A stretch of 64,000 nucleotides of DNA from Chloroflexota bacterium (lineage in GTDB: Bacteria; Chloroflexota; UBA11872; VXOZ01): contig OZ219802.1 of assembly GCA_964291655.2 (NCBI GenBank), forward strand, positions 1,888,001 to 1,952,000. The letters run 5' to 3'. The notes beneath the pieces are model-generated. The model had not been told where the DNA came from, did no database searches, and was given only the letters and a program-made list of their open reading frames with translations. Below, piece after piece: positions 31,458 to 41,864 of the stretch. Each line of letters starts with the position of its first letter. Position 1 is the first letter of the stretch. The position numbers were made by a program, and so were the translations under genes.

Positions 31458-34400
31458 CTAAGACGCGTGGGCTTTTTCGAGCGCGCCGTCGCGTTCCAGG
31501 ACGGCGCGGAGGTAGACGCCGGTGTAGGAGTGGGGCAGGTGGGCCAGCGTTTCCGGGGTGCCTTCGGCGATGAGTTCACCGCCGGCGTCGCCGCCCTCGG
31601 GGCCGAGGTCGATCACCCAGTCCACGCACTTGATTACTTCCAGGTTGTGCTCGATCACGATCACCGTATTGCCGGTGTCTACGAGGCGTTGCAGCACCTC
31701 CAGCAGGCGTTCCACGTCGGCGAAGTGCAGGCCGGTGGTGGGTTCGTCCAGGATGTAGAGCGTGCGGCCGGTGGCGCGTTTGGAAAGCTCAGAAGCTAGC
31801 TTGATGCGTTGCGCCTCGCCGCCGGAGAGCGTGGTGGCGGGCTGTCCCACGCGCATGTAGCCCAGGCCCACGTCCACGAGCGTTCTGAGTTTATTGTGAA
31901 TGCTGGGTATGTTTTCAAAGTATGCGTTGGCCTCGTCGATGGTGAGGTCGAGCACGTCGGCGATGGTCTTGCCCTTATAGGTGATTTCCAGCGCCTCGCG
32001 GTTGTAGCGCTGGCCGGCGCAGACCTCGCAGGGCACGTAGACGTCAGGCAGGAACTGCATTTCGATTTTGATGATGCCGTCGCCGCGGCAGGCCTCGCAA
32101 CGGCCGCCCTTTACATTAAAAGAGAAGCGACCCGGCTTGTAGCCGCGCACGCGCGCCTCCGGCGTCTTGGCGAATATCTCGCGCATGGGCGTGAACGCGC
32201 CAGTGTACGTCGCCGGGTTCGAGCGCGGCGTGCGTCCAATGGGCTGCTGGTTGATGTCGATGACCTTGTCGATGTTTTCCAGGCCCAGGATCGCGTCGTG
32301 GGGGCCGGGACGCTCGCGGCTGTTGTAGATCTCCTGCGCCAGGCGGCGGTAGAGCACGTCGATGACGAGCGAACTCTTGCCCGAGCCGGAGACGCCGGTC
32401 ACGCCGATAAGCCGTCCCAAAGGGAAGTCCACGTCGAGGCTTTTGAGATTATTGGCGCGGGCGCCTTTCACCGTAATTCTTGCTCTTCCCGCAGGCCCCG
32501 AGCCTGCCGCAGCCGTTCGTCCTGAGCTTGTCGAAGGACCGTGACCGGACTTTGCCGCGAGCGCCTTTCCTGATTTCCCCGCAGGAGCCCGTGCTGAGCT
32601 TGCCGCAGCCACTCGTCCTGACCCTCCTGCCGCAACCGTTTGCCCCGAGCCCCCCACATCCGTTCGCCCTGACCCTCCCGCAGCCGTTCGCCCTGAGCTT
32701 GTCGAAGGGCCTTGTCCAGAGCCTGTCGCAGGACCACGCCGTTCCTGCGGCACCGGAATCACCCGCCGGCCGGTCAGGTAAGCCGCCGTCAGGGATTCGT
32801 CCACCGCCATCACGTCCTCCAGCGGTCCCGCCGCCACGACGCGGCCGCCGTGCTCACCCGCGCCGGGCCCAATGTCGATCACGTGGTCGGCTGAGCGGAT
32901 CGTCTCCTCATCATGCTCTACCACCAGCACGGTATTCCCCAGGTCGCGCAGGCCGCTCAAGGTCTCGATGAGACGACGGTTGTCCCGTTGGTGCAGGCCG
33001 ATGGAGGGCTCATCCAGGATGTAGAGCACACCCACCAGGCCGGAGCCAATCTGGGTCGCCAGGCGGATGCGCTGCGCCTCGCCGCCGGAAAGCGTGGCGG
33101 TGGCGCGATCAAGGGTGAGATAGTCCAGCCCCACGTTCTCCAGGAAGTGCAGCCGCGCCCGAATCTCCTTGAGAATCTGGCGGCCGATCAGGCGTTCCCG
33201 CTCGGTGAGCGGCAGCGCCTGGAACCAGGCGCGGGCGTCCTTCACGGCAAAGGCCGTTACCTGCGCGATAGTGTGAGCGTTGATCGTGACAGAAAGACTC
33301 TCCGGCTTCAGGCGCGCGCCCTGGCAAGCGGGACAGGGCTGCACGGTCATGAAGCGCTCGATTTCCCCGCGCATGTAATCGGAATCGGTCTCTTTGTAGC
33401 GCCGCTGTAAATTGGGGATCACGCCTTCGAAGTCCACCGTAAACGTGCGCATCTCGTCGCGGGCGGCCTTCACCGTTACGGGAACGCGCTCTTCAATGCC
33501 ATAGAGCAGGATATCTACATGCTCTGCTGCCAGCTCCGCCACCGGCACGCGCAAAGAGAAATTGTAGTGCTCTGCCACCGCTTTCACCACCTGATAGAGG
33601 TAGGAATCCTTGGCGGTGAGCCGCGACCACGGCAGAATGGCGCCCTCCATGGGCGAGAGCCGCTTGTTGGGCACGATGAGGTCGGGATCGAACACCATGG
33701 TCGTGCCGATGCCGGTGCACTCCGGGCACGCGCCGTGAGGGCTATTGAAGGAAAACGTGCGCGGCTCCACCTCGCCCAACGAAATGCCGCAGTGCACGCA
33801 GGCGAATTGCTCGGAGAAGAGGAGCTCGACCGGCTCCGTTCTTTCGCCGGAATGACGGGCAGATGGATTGTCGGTTTCTCCAGTATTAAGATCGGATGGA
33901 CTCCCGCTTTCGCGGGAGTGACGGGAAGGGTCTGTCTTTCCGGTCTCAGCAAATTGACCATCGGAGACTGGATTCCGGCTTTCGCCGGAATGACGATCGG
34001 CGGACGGTTTCCCGCTCTTTTCGTCGATTCCGCCTTCTCCGTCATTCCCACTTTGTCCGTCATTCCCGCGCACGCGGGAATCCATCTTCTCTTCGCTGCC
34101 GGTACTTGCGTTCACACGCAGGTTGGACACTGCCGCGTCTCCGCCGGATGGACTCCCGCTCGCGCCGGAGTGACGGGCAGGGTCTGTCTTTCCAGTCTCT
34201 GAGAATTGACCATCGGAGACTGGATTCCGGCTTTCGCCGGAATGACGGTCAGATGGATCCCCGCCTTCTCCGTCATTCCCGTGAAAACGGGAATCCATCT
34301 TCTCTTCGTTTCCGCCTCCGTCACCAACGATTAAATGAGACTCAGTCGAATCCTCTTCGGATGGACTCCCGCTTTCGCGGGAGTGACGGGCAGGGCCCGT

Positions 34401-35195
34401 CTTTCCGGTCTCAGCAAATTGACCATCGGAGACTGGATTCCGGCTTTCGCCGGAATGACGGCCTGCCCCGTCAACAATCACAATCCGCACCACACTGGAG
34501 CCCAACCGCAGCGCCGTCTCCAACGAGTCCGCCACGCGCGTCTTATCCGTCTCGCCGCCCCGGTTCACCAAGCGATCCACCACAATCTCGATTGTGTGCT
34601 GCTTATAGCGGTCCAGGGTTGGCGTTTCGTCCAAGTCGTAGACCGTGCCGTCCACGCGCACGCGCACGTAGCCCGCCTGGCGCGCGTCCTCAAACACCTG
34701 CCGGTACTCGCCTTTGCGGTCCTGCACGATAGGCGCCAGGATCATGTAGCGCGTGCCGTCGGGCAGGTCGAGCAGCGTGTCTACCATCTGCTGGACAGTC
34801 TGCTGGGAAATCTCGCGGCCGCATTCCGGACAGTGGGGCACGCCGATGCGGGCAAAGAGCAGGCGCAGGTAGTCATACACTTCCGTGACCGTGCCGACCG
34901 TGGAGCGCGGGTTGCGGCTGGCGCCCTTCTGGTCGATGGAAATGGCGGGTGAGAGACCGTCGATGTGGTCGACGTCCGGCTTTTCCAGCATGCCGAGAAA
35001 CTGGCGGGCGTAGGCCGAAAGAGACTCCACGTAACGCCGCTGCCCTTCGGCAAAGATGGTATCGAAGGCCAGGCTCGATTTGCCGGAGCCGGAGAGGCCG
35101 GTGATGACCACTAGCTTATCGCGCGGTATGTCGAGGTCGATGTTCTTCAGGTTGTGTTCGCGCGCGCCGCGGATGCCGATGTACTCTTCAGCCAT
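31458..35195 (-). CDS. uvrA: Excinuclease ABC subunit A, enlarged (1245 aa) by two in-frame repeat-derived insertions
   Basis: [23 protein letters not shown], zinc fingers, two LSGGEAQRI signatures, second Walker [11 protein letters not shown]; open frame throughout. Confidence 0.97.
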   Translation of the reverse strand: MAEEYIGIRGAREHNLKNIDLDIPRDKLVVITGLSGSGKSSLAFDTIFAEGQRRYVESLSAYARQFLGMLEKPDVDHIDGLSPAISIDQKGASRNPRSTVGTVTEVYDYLRLLFARIGVPHCPECGREISQQTVQQMVDTLLDLPDGTRYMILAPIVQDRKGEYRQVFEDARQAGYVRVRVDGTVYDLDETPTLDRYKQHTIEIVVDRLVNRGGETDKTRVADSLETALRLGSSVVRIVIVDGAGRHSGESRNPVSDGQFAETGKTGPARHSRESGSPSEEDSTESHLIVGDGGGNEEKMDSRFHGNDGEGGDPSDRHSGESRNPVSDGQFSETGKTDPARHSGASGSPSGGDAAVSNLRVNASTGSEEKMDSRVRGNDGQSGNDGEGGIDEKSGKPSADRHSGESRNPVSDGQFAETGKTDPSRHSRESGSPSDLNTGETDNPSARHSGERTEPVELLFSEQFACVHCGISLGEVEPRTFSFNSPHGACPECTGIGTTMVFDPDLIVPNKRLSPMEGAILPWSRLTAKDSYLYQVVKAVAEHYNFSLRVPVAELAAEHVDILLYGIEERVPVTVKAARDEMRTFTVDFEGVIPNLQRRYKETDSDYMRGEIERFMTVQPCPACQGARLKPESLSVTINAHTIAQVTAFAVKDARAWFQALPLTERERLIGRQILKEIRARLHFLENVGLDYLTLDRATATLSGGEAQRIRLATQIGSGLVGVLYILDEPSIGLHQRDNRRLIETLSGLRDLGNTVLVVEHDEETIRSADHVIDIGPGAGEHGGRVVAAGPLEDVMAVDESLTAAYLTGRRVIPVPQERRGPATGSGQGPSTSSGRTAAGGSGRTDVGGSGQTVAAGGSGRVAAASSARAPAGKSGKALAAKSGHGPSTSSGRTAAAGSGPAGRARITVKGARANNLKSLDVDFPLGRLIGVTGVSGSGKSSLVIDVLYRRLAQEIYNSRERPGPHDAILGLENIDKVIDINQQPIGRTPRSNPATYTGAFTPMREIFAKTPEARVRGYKPGRFSFNVKGGRCEACRGDGIIKIEMQFLPDVYVPCEVCAGQRYNREALEITYKGKTIADVLDLTIDEANAYFENIPSIHNKLRTLVDVGLGYMRVGQPATTLSGGEAQRIKLASELSKRATGRTLYILDEPTTGLHFADVERLLEVLQRLVDTGNTVIVIEHNLEVIKCVDWVIDLGPEGGDAGGELIAEGTPETLAHLPHSYTGVYLRAVLERDGALEKAHAS
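32484..32735. repeat. Intragenic array of CCGTTCGTCCTGAGCTTGTCGAAGG-family REP units in uvrA
   Basis: Full units at ~32513 and ~32684 with degenerate partial copies between; same family intergenic at 15853, 37163, 52478, 62065. Confidence 0.85.
33840..34466. repeat. Intragenic array of CGTC-family REP palindromes in uvrA
   Basis: GGATTCCGGCTTTCGCCGGAATGACG x3, GGACTCCCGC...GGAGTGACG x3, CGTCATTCCCG...CGGGAATCC x2 plus fragments. Confidence 0.92.
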
Positions 35196-35477
35196 GGAGT
35201 TTTGGGATCGCCTCTATTGGTGCTATACGGGGCACACAGCTACACGATATTGACCCTACGTAACATTCCGTGCGCAACGTCGAACAATGTTCGTTGACTT
35301 CGTCAAGGACGCGGAATCCGGAGTCTTTGCCACACGTAGTTCGCTGAGTTCAGGCCTCCAGATTCCTCACTGCGCTGCGCTCCGATCGGAATGACATGTA
35401 GGCAGAGCATTGCTGTGCATAGCAGTTTCGCGAATCAGTCTCCATGGTACCACGATGCCTCTCATTGAAGCAGACTA

Positions 35478-35506
35478 TTGACAGTCAACATTACATTGCA
35501 TATACT
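35478..35506 (+). promoter_or_regulatory. Sigma70-type promoter with overlapping palindrome
   Basis: TTGACA (35478-35483), 17 bp, TATACT (35501-35506); TTGAC-A-GTCAA inverted repeat overlaps the -35. Confidence 0.8.
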
Positions 35507-35613
35507 AACCGCAAGCGCTGGCGTATGCGGGCACGCCGGTCGTGTGTGTCAATAGACCCGCCGTATGTATAGGTGGTTTCATTCCAAAGACCCCCCTAAA
35601 AGGAGCAATGGTC

Positions 35614-36990
35614 ATGGAAGAGACACGATGTTCACGCCGTACGGTGCTGGCAGCAGTGCCGATAGTTGGCGGTGCAGCTATGCTCGCAGCTTGCGGCACG
35701 GCGCAGGTTGCCGCGCCGATGGAGGAGAAGTCAGCGCCTGAGGAGGAAGCCGAAGCCGCGCCCGCGCCGGCGGAAGACGTTGAGCTCACCTATCTCTCAC
35801 GCGATTCCGATAGCGCCACCCTCAAGGTGCGCGCGCTCTTCGACAAGTTTGAGGCGGCCAACCCCAACATCACCATTACAATCCAGAATATGTCCAGCGG
35901 TGATGAGGCGAAGACGAAGCTGCTCGTACAGGCAGCGTCGGGCGTACCCATTGACTTCCTGCGCACGAGCTGGGGCTCGTTCGCCGACCTCATCGAAGGC
36001 GAAATCCTGTCGCCCTTGGACGACTTCTTCAAGGCCGACGGCCTGGTGCCCGCAGAGCACTTCTTGCCAAACAGTCTGACCCACTGGACCGTCGGAGGGG
36101 TTCTGTACGGGTGGCCCGGCTCCGGTAACTGCGACGCCGTGCTGCTCAACAAGACAATGCTGGACAAGGCAGGCTTGGAGCCGCCGCCCATCGATCCCAC
36201 CGATGCTTCCTGGAATATGGATACGTTCCTTGAGTACGCCCGGGCGATGACGCAAGGCAACGAGCAGTTTGGGCACAATGGCGGCGTTTCCGCTTCCGAC
36301 GGCACGCGCGGCCACCAGCGCGGCGCGTACTTCGGCCAGATTTCTTGGGACGCTGAACGGCAGGTCGCCACGATGGACCATCCGAAGTTCATCGAGGGGC
36401 TGGCCTACTGGGTAGACCTCAAGCTCAAACACCGCGTGGTGCCGAGTGCGGAGGAGGCGGATAGTCTGGGCGCAGCCAATACCGGCAGGCGCGCCATCTG
36501 GGAAACCGGCAAAGTGGGCATGAACATCACCAACGGTTACCGGCAAGTGCCGTTTGAAGCCATCGGCGCGACTCTGCCGTTCAGCGCAGAGGTGAATATC
36601 TCCGGCCGCTCCTGGTTCCCGGCAATCCTCATCGGCTTTAGTCTGAACCCCGATGAGACGTGGCAGGTGAACCGTTGGATGATGGAGCCGGAACCCAATA
36701 CGGAGTTCACGCTAGCCATGGGGCACACGATTTCGGCGGTGCAGACGGCGGTGAATATGCCGGCCGAACAGCTCAAAGAGACTGTCGGGTTCGATGCCAT
36801 CGCCCACGCGGAACAAGCTAAGTTTAGCCCGCCGGCAAGCTACGGCATGAACGCCTACCCCACCTGGGGCGACGTCGGCACCGCTCTACGTCCGCACTTT
36901 GAGGCGTACGATGCCGGCGAACTGACGCCTGCGGAGTACGGCCGCGTGGCCACCGACATTATCAACGAACTCCTGGTTCCGAAGGAATAG
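35614..36990 (+). CDS. ABC transporter extracellular solute-binding protein, Tat lipoprotein
   Basis: SRRTVL signal, LAACG lipobox, FEAANPNITI, GVLYGWP, NKTMLDKAGL; start placed at ATG 35614 after AGGAG. Confidence 0.87.
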   Translation: MEETRCSRRTVLAAVPIVGGAAMLAACGTAQVAAPMEEKSAPEEEAEAAPAPAEDVELTYLSRDSDSATLKVRALFDKFEAANPNITITIQNMSSGDEAKTKLLVQAASGVPIDFLRTSWGSFADLIEGEILSPLDDFFKADGLVPAEHFLPNSLTHWTVGGVLYGWPGSGNCDAVLLNKTMLDKAGLEPPPIDPTDASWNMDTFLEYARAMTQGNEQFGHNGGVSASDGTRGHQRGAYFGQISWDAERQVATMDHPKFIEGLAYWVDLKLKHRVVPSAEEADSLGAANTGRRAIWETGKVGMNITNGYRQVPFEAIGATLPFSAEVNISGRSWFPAILIGFSLNPDETWQVNRWMMEPEPNTEFTLAMGHTISAVQTAVNMPAEQLKETVGFDAIAHAEQAKFSPPASYGMNAYPTWGDVGTALRPHFEAYDAGELTPAEYGRVATDIINELLVPKE

Positions 36991-37456
36991 GCGGAGGCAG
37001 CAGCGGCCACTTTCCTGGCCTGAGCGTGGTGAGCGTTTAGCATGTTGATCGCCGCAGGGGCACGATATATCGTGCCCCTGCGATGGGTTTGGCAGTATAG
37101 TGTGAACCGTAGCGCGGGGGCTTGTCCCCCGCTAATTGGCTTAGAACTGGGGTTGGCAGCCACCGTTCGCCCCGAGCTAGTCGAAGGGTCGAAACATGAA
37201 CGGTTCGGCACACGCTTCGCTACTGGCTTGTAGCCCTTTTGTCTGGTTGGTCGTCCCAAAAGAATCGCAATCAAGTTATGCGTAGTGCCGCGGATTGCGC
37301 TCGTACTTGGTTGAGGCATACGGAGCGTGTGGGTGGATTTTCGTTCCGGCGCAAGGCGCTGCAAGCCACCCAGAAGCGTCCGTTCCAAGCGATTACGGAG
37401 CCGATGGAAAGCTCAAGAAGAGATGTAGAATGAGGTGGCCCAAGAGGAGGTAAGTC

Positions 37457-38527
37457 ACGTCGGATTCTATCAGCAATCCAGAATACCTTAACCCCGGCTG
37501 GCTCACCAGCCGGTTGTCTGAGCAGGGGCACCTTCCCTCAGGCGAGGTGCTCCGCATTACGCCCGGACAGTCATTTGAATCGACCGCCGCATTCCTCACG
37601 CCGCTCACTGTCACCTACTCGCATGATGCTCCTGCCTCTGCTCCTCATCAACTCGTAGTGAAGATCTATCGTGAGGATTGGTACGGCGGTGGGCTGGCTG
37701 AAGCGGTATTCTATCAGGAGTTCGTCGCCGCCATGCCCGCTGCACCCGTAGTGACCTGCTACGACGTTACAATCGTTCCTGAGCACTACTACTGCCGCTT
37801 TGTGTTTCAAGACATCTCGAAGTCCCATGCTCCGCCGGCCGGCACTCCCAGTCAGGCTCAGCTTGAAGAGATCGTAGATGGACTGCTGCAGTTTCACACG
37901 AAATGGTGGGATCATCCCCGCATCAGCCGAAGCGACTTTTTCGGAAAGGCCGGCGGTCCGCTACGCATGACCCATGCTACCAAGGAGTCGACGTTTCTCG
38001 CCTACTGTCAACACATCGCAAGGGGCTTTAGTGCCTTTGCCGATGATCTTGGGGATGAGCTCCCCGGCGAATGGCGGCAGTTGTGTGAGCGAGCAATCGC
38101 GTCCTGGCCCGGCTTGTTTCTTAACCGGGTCTCGTCAGGCAAGGCCCTCACGTTAATCCACGGCGACTTCGGCCTGTGGAACATCTACCTGCCGCACAAT
38201 TCCAATACACATCGGCTCTGCTTTCTTGACTGGGAAACGTATAAGCGCAGCATCGGCGTCTACGACCTCGCGTATATGCTCATTACGGCTGACTATTCAG
38301 GTGATCTTGACACAAGAAACCGAATGGAAGGCCAGTTGCTGCGCCGGTACCACGATGGGCTGCTCGCACAGGGCATCGCGGACTACGACTGGGACGACTG
38401 CGGCTACGATTACCGGCTCTCCGTCATCGCCAATCTGTTCCCCCCGGTGGGGTGGCAGCGGCTCAGCAGCCTGCAGGCAGCTATCACCGCCTTCCACGAA
38501 TGGGGCTGTGCTGATTTGCTCGACTGA
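37457..38527 (+). CDS. APH / ecdysteroid-kinase-like phosphotransferase (possible ACG start; annotated alternative TTG 37514)
   Basis: LVVK, TLIHGDFGLWNI (Brenner motif), FLDWE, GVYDLAYML; AGGAGG precedes in-frame ACG at 37457. Confidence 0.8.
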   Translation, partial: TSDSISNPEYLNPGWLTSRLSEQGHLPSGEVLRITPGQSFESTAAFLTPLTVTYSHDAPASAPHQLVVKIYREDWYGGGLAEAVFYQEFVAAMPAAPVVTCYDVTIVPEHYYCRFVFQDISKSHAPPAGTPSQAQLEEIVDGLLQFHTKWWDHPRISRSDFFGKAGGPLRMTHATKESTFLAYCQHIARGFSAFADDLGDELPGEWRQLCERAIASWPGLFLNRVSSGKALTLIHGDFGLWNIYLPHNSNTHRLCFLDWETYKRSIGVYDLAYMLITADYSGDLDTRNRMEGQLLRRYHDGLLAQGIADYDWDDCGYDYRLSVIANLFPPVGWQRLSSLQAAITAFHEWGCADLLD

Positions 38528-38780
38528 ACTGAAGGGCGGCTTGGTCTGCCGCGAGCGCACAGCCGTTCTATATGGTCAGGAGGACTCGTTGGTCAAAGGC
38601 ATGCACGGGACTGTTCTTCCCGCCGGAAGCGGTGGCTTTCCCCCGCGTGCGCGGGACTGACGGAAAAGAAAACTGCCAGTCTTGGTTAGAATGGTGGTTC
38701 GCACACTGGATTTTGCGACGAAGAATCGAGGCAAAGTTGCTAATTGCTAGTGAATTCATACACGCATAGGTAGGAGATCG

Positions 38781-39599
38781 ATGAAAATCTACGTGATGAC
38801 GGACATGGAAGGCGTGGCGGGGGTTATCGACTCGCCGAATTACTGCTTCCCGGAGTCCCGCTACTACGAGCGCGGCTGCGAGTTGACCACCTTGGAAGTC
38901 AACGCCGCCATCGAAGGGGCGTTGGAAGCCGGGGCTACAGAAATTGTGGTGACGGACGGCCACGGGCACGGGGCGATCACGCCCATGCTGCTGCACCCGG
39001 CAGCGAAACTCTTGACAGGACGCCCACGCCCCATTGGCGCCGTCCTCGACGCATCGTTCGACGTCGCCATCAGCATCGGCCAGCACGCCAAGTCCAACGC
39101 CCCCGGCGGCCATCTGGCCCACTCCGGTTCGTTTACAGTGGAGGAGCTGACCATCAACGGAATCTCCATCGGCGAAAGTGGCCGGAGTTTTATTAGCGCG
39201 GCGTACTTCGGCGTGCCGTACGTCTTTCTGAGCGGCGATCTGGCAGCGGCGGCAGAAGCGCAGGCGCTGGCGCCGGGTATAGAAACGGCGGTGGTAAAGG
39301 AAGGCCTTGACCGTGGTTCGGCCACCGGTCTTGGCATGGACGAGAACCGCGCGTTCAACGGCGCTGCCATTCACCTGCATCCCACCAAAGCGCGGCAGCT
39401 CATCTACGAGGGCGTAAAGCGCGGCATCGCACGCCGTGACGAAATCGGCCGCTTCTGGCTGGAGCCGCCGTACACCCTCGTACACACCCAACGCCCTGAG
39501 AACGGCGTCCCTGGGGGTGAGGCCCGCGTCACCGGCGATGACATTCTAAAGGTATTCAGGACGCCGCTCGAGTTAGGCAAGCACGTCGAAGCGCGTTGA
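38781..39599 (+). CDS. M55-family D-aminopeptidase (DppA-like)
   Basis: MKIYVMTDMEGVAGV, DGHG, GQHA, LAHS, IGES, LSGD motifs; RBS AGGAG. Confidence 0.9.
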   Translation: MKIYVMTDMEGVAGVIDSPNYCFPESRYYERGCELTTLEVNAAIEGALEAGATEIVVTDGHGHGAITPMLLHPAAKLLTGRPRPIGAVLDASFDVAISIGQHAKSNAPGGHLAHSGSFTVEELTINGISIGESGRSFISAAYFGVPYVFLSGDLAAAAEAQALAPGIETAVVKEGLDRGSATGLGMDENRAFNGAAIHLHPTKARQLIYEGVKRGIARRDEIGRFWLEPPYTLVHTQRPENGVPGGEARVTGDDILKVFRTPLELGKHVEAR

Positions 39600-40252
39600 C
39601 GATAGCTGCGCAGTATACTAAGCCCAGTGAGCGCTAGGGTCGGCTAGTTAGCCCCAATCTAACTTGTGGGAATTGTGCGGACAAAGTGACGAATGGACTT
39701 CGTAGCGCAGGTTTGTAACCTGCGTCCAACCGTTACCGGCTTGACTTTGTGTAGGTTCTATCTATCGGGTTTTTGCATGCACTACTTGCAATTGGCCGAG
39801 CAAAGCGACCGCATACGGCTGGCAGGTGATAAAGCCCTCTCCTGGGGGAGAGGGTTTGGGTGAGGGCGACTCTGCGCCGGCAACATGCTATCGCGGCGGC
39901 CCTGAAAGACGATGCGAATACCGTCCGAGATTCCACGCCATCTTTGCTAGACTAGGCTCTGTGGACATTCAGTGTCATTCCGAGCGCAAGCGTCGAACTG
40001 GGTTCGCTGACTTCGTCAAAGACGCGGAATCTCAAGCGTTTGTACGGGATTGTCTCTCGTGTTTCTCCGCAAAGTGGCAAAGATGATACTTGCGCATGTG
40101 GTCGCTCGCCACCCCGCGAAGTAGCACGATCCGGTGTCGCGTGAAGATGGATTCCCGTTTTCACGGGAATGACGGCAAAATGTCCACACAGCCTAGCAGT
40201 CACCGAATAAAAGCCTTCTTTCTACCGCCAAACAACACCGGAAAGGAACAGC

Positions 40253-41458
40253 ATGACCTACACGTTGCTCTGGGGGGATACCCACATCCACGCCGAATAC
40301 TCGCCGTGCTTCAAGCCGGAGGCAATACCGGATGGGTTCGACGGCTCGCCCGCGGACTGCTACCGCTACGCGCGTGACGTGGCGGAGATAGATTTCGCCG
40401 CCGTCACCGATCACACCTGGTCGGGCATGGGGGGAAAAACGCCCATCATGCTTACCGACGACCAATATGGGGTGATCCTGGAGGCGAACCGCGCCTATCA
40501 GGATCCCGGCAGGTTCGTGACCTTCCCGGCATACGAGTGGAATTCACCCAAAGACCGCACCTGGGGTCACCACAACGCGCTTTTCTGCGACGATGAACCG
40601 CCCTTGCTGCCGAGCGGCAGCGCCGTGAGCTCGCTCGATGAGGTGTGGGCGGCGTTTGATGAACTGCCGTATGGGGCGATGTTGATACCGCACCATCTGG
40701 CGCGGGACCGCACGCCCTACGACTGGTCGACTTTCAATCCACGCTACGAGCCGATAGTTGAGATCACGTCCATGTGGGGCAATTACGAGTACAAGGGTAA
40801 CCCGCATGAATGCGATCCCAACTGGTCGCCAAGCGTCCCGGGTTCGTTCCTGCAGGACGGCCTGGCGCGGGGACACCGCCCAGGCGTGATCGGCGGCAGC
40901 GACAACCACACCGGCCACTCCGGGGGACACCATTTCCCGTTTGATCCCATGATTCCAGGTCGCCCTTTGAACGAAATCCTGGCGGCGCGCGGTCCCCAGC
41001 GCCGTAATGCGCTCGGCGCCGGCCTGGCCGGCGTCTACGCGGAGGACTTTACGCGCGAGGGCATCTTTGCCGCCCTGCACGCCCGCCGCTGCTTTGCCGC
41101 TACCGGCCATAAGATCCGCCTCTGGACCGAGACGAACGGCCTGGAAATGGGTGCTGAAGGCGGCGCGCTGCCGGACGAGCCGCGCACGGTTCACATTGCC
41201 GTGAACGGCACCGCGCCCATTGCCCACGTTACGCTGGTACGCAATAACGTGGACGTGCAGAGATTCCGTCCGCAGGAATCGTCGGCTGATGTGACCGTAG
41301 ACCTCGTAGACGACGATCCGATGGAGAAGATCGTGAAAGTCTCACCGCCCGTGGCCGCTGGCGACGACGATTCGCTGGTCTACTATTACGTGCGCGTGGT
41401 GCAAGCTGACGAACGCACGGCGTGGTCCAGCCCGGTCTGGTTCACTGTGCGGGCATAG
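40253..41458 (+). CDS. PHP-like metallohydrolase (DUF3604 / CehA-McbA-like)
   Basis: WGDTHIH, DFAAVTDH, AYEW, GHHN, IPHH, GGSDNH, C-terminal YYYVRVVQ...AWSSPVW. Confidence 0.8.
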   Translation: MTYTLLWGDTHIHAEYSPCFKPEAIPDGFDGSPADCYRYARDVAEIDFAAVTDHTWSGMGGKTPIMLTDDQYGVILEANRAYQDPGRFVTFPAYEWNSPKDRTWGHHNALFCDDEPPLLPSGSAVSSLDEVWAAFDELPYGAMLIPHHLARDRTPYDWSTFNPRYEPIVEITSMWGNYEYKGNPHECDPNWSPSVPGSFLQDGLARGHRPGVIGGSDNHTGHSGGHHFPFDPMIPGRPLNEILAARGPQRRNALGAGLAGVYAEDFTREGIFAALHARRCFAATGHKIRLWTETNGLEMGAEGGALPDEPRTVHIAVNGTAPIAHVTLVRNNVDVQRFRPQESSADVTVDLVDDDPMEKIVKVSPPVAAGDDDSLVYYYVRVVQADERTAWSSPVWFTVRA

Positions 41459-41864
41459 GCTTCCGTGTTAGACTCCGCACGATTCAGGACATGCAGGCGG
41501 CGCAAGTCAATGGCTTGTTTGGCCCTGTGTCTAACCTCGCCGCCGCTATCGCGCTGGGCTGGGACTCTCTCCTACGAAGCCTCCCCTGCGCTACCTTGAC
41601 ACTGCAGCGAAACCCTTACCATACTGAGAGCGTTGCACGCATTGCGCAGGCAACGAGATGGCGCACCGGTGTCTCGCCTTCTCGCTGTAGCAAGGTCAGG
41701 GTAGGCTTTAGCTCTCTTCTTAGAGATACCCCAGTGCCGGGGTACGGGGTGAAGGGAAACCCCGCAATCTGAGCCACCTTGACCGACCTGGTGCACTTGC
41801 GTAAGAGTCCTATAGGTAGAGAGTACCGGGATAGCAGGAATCCCCTCACCCCGGCCCTCTCCCC

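Noticed and set aside
33840-34466. Intein or self-splicing intron in uvrA
   Set aside because: No Cys/Ser start with His-Asn end, no homing endonuclease motifs, no group I/II features; sequence is fully explained by REP units.
35281-35293. CGAACAATGTTCG upstream of uvrA as a LexA (Cheo/SOS) box
   Set aside because: Spacing is GAAC-N3-GTTC, not N4, and the same hairpin occurs inside REP copies at 16040 and 39994 that are not near SOS genes.
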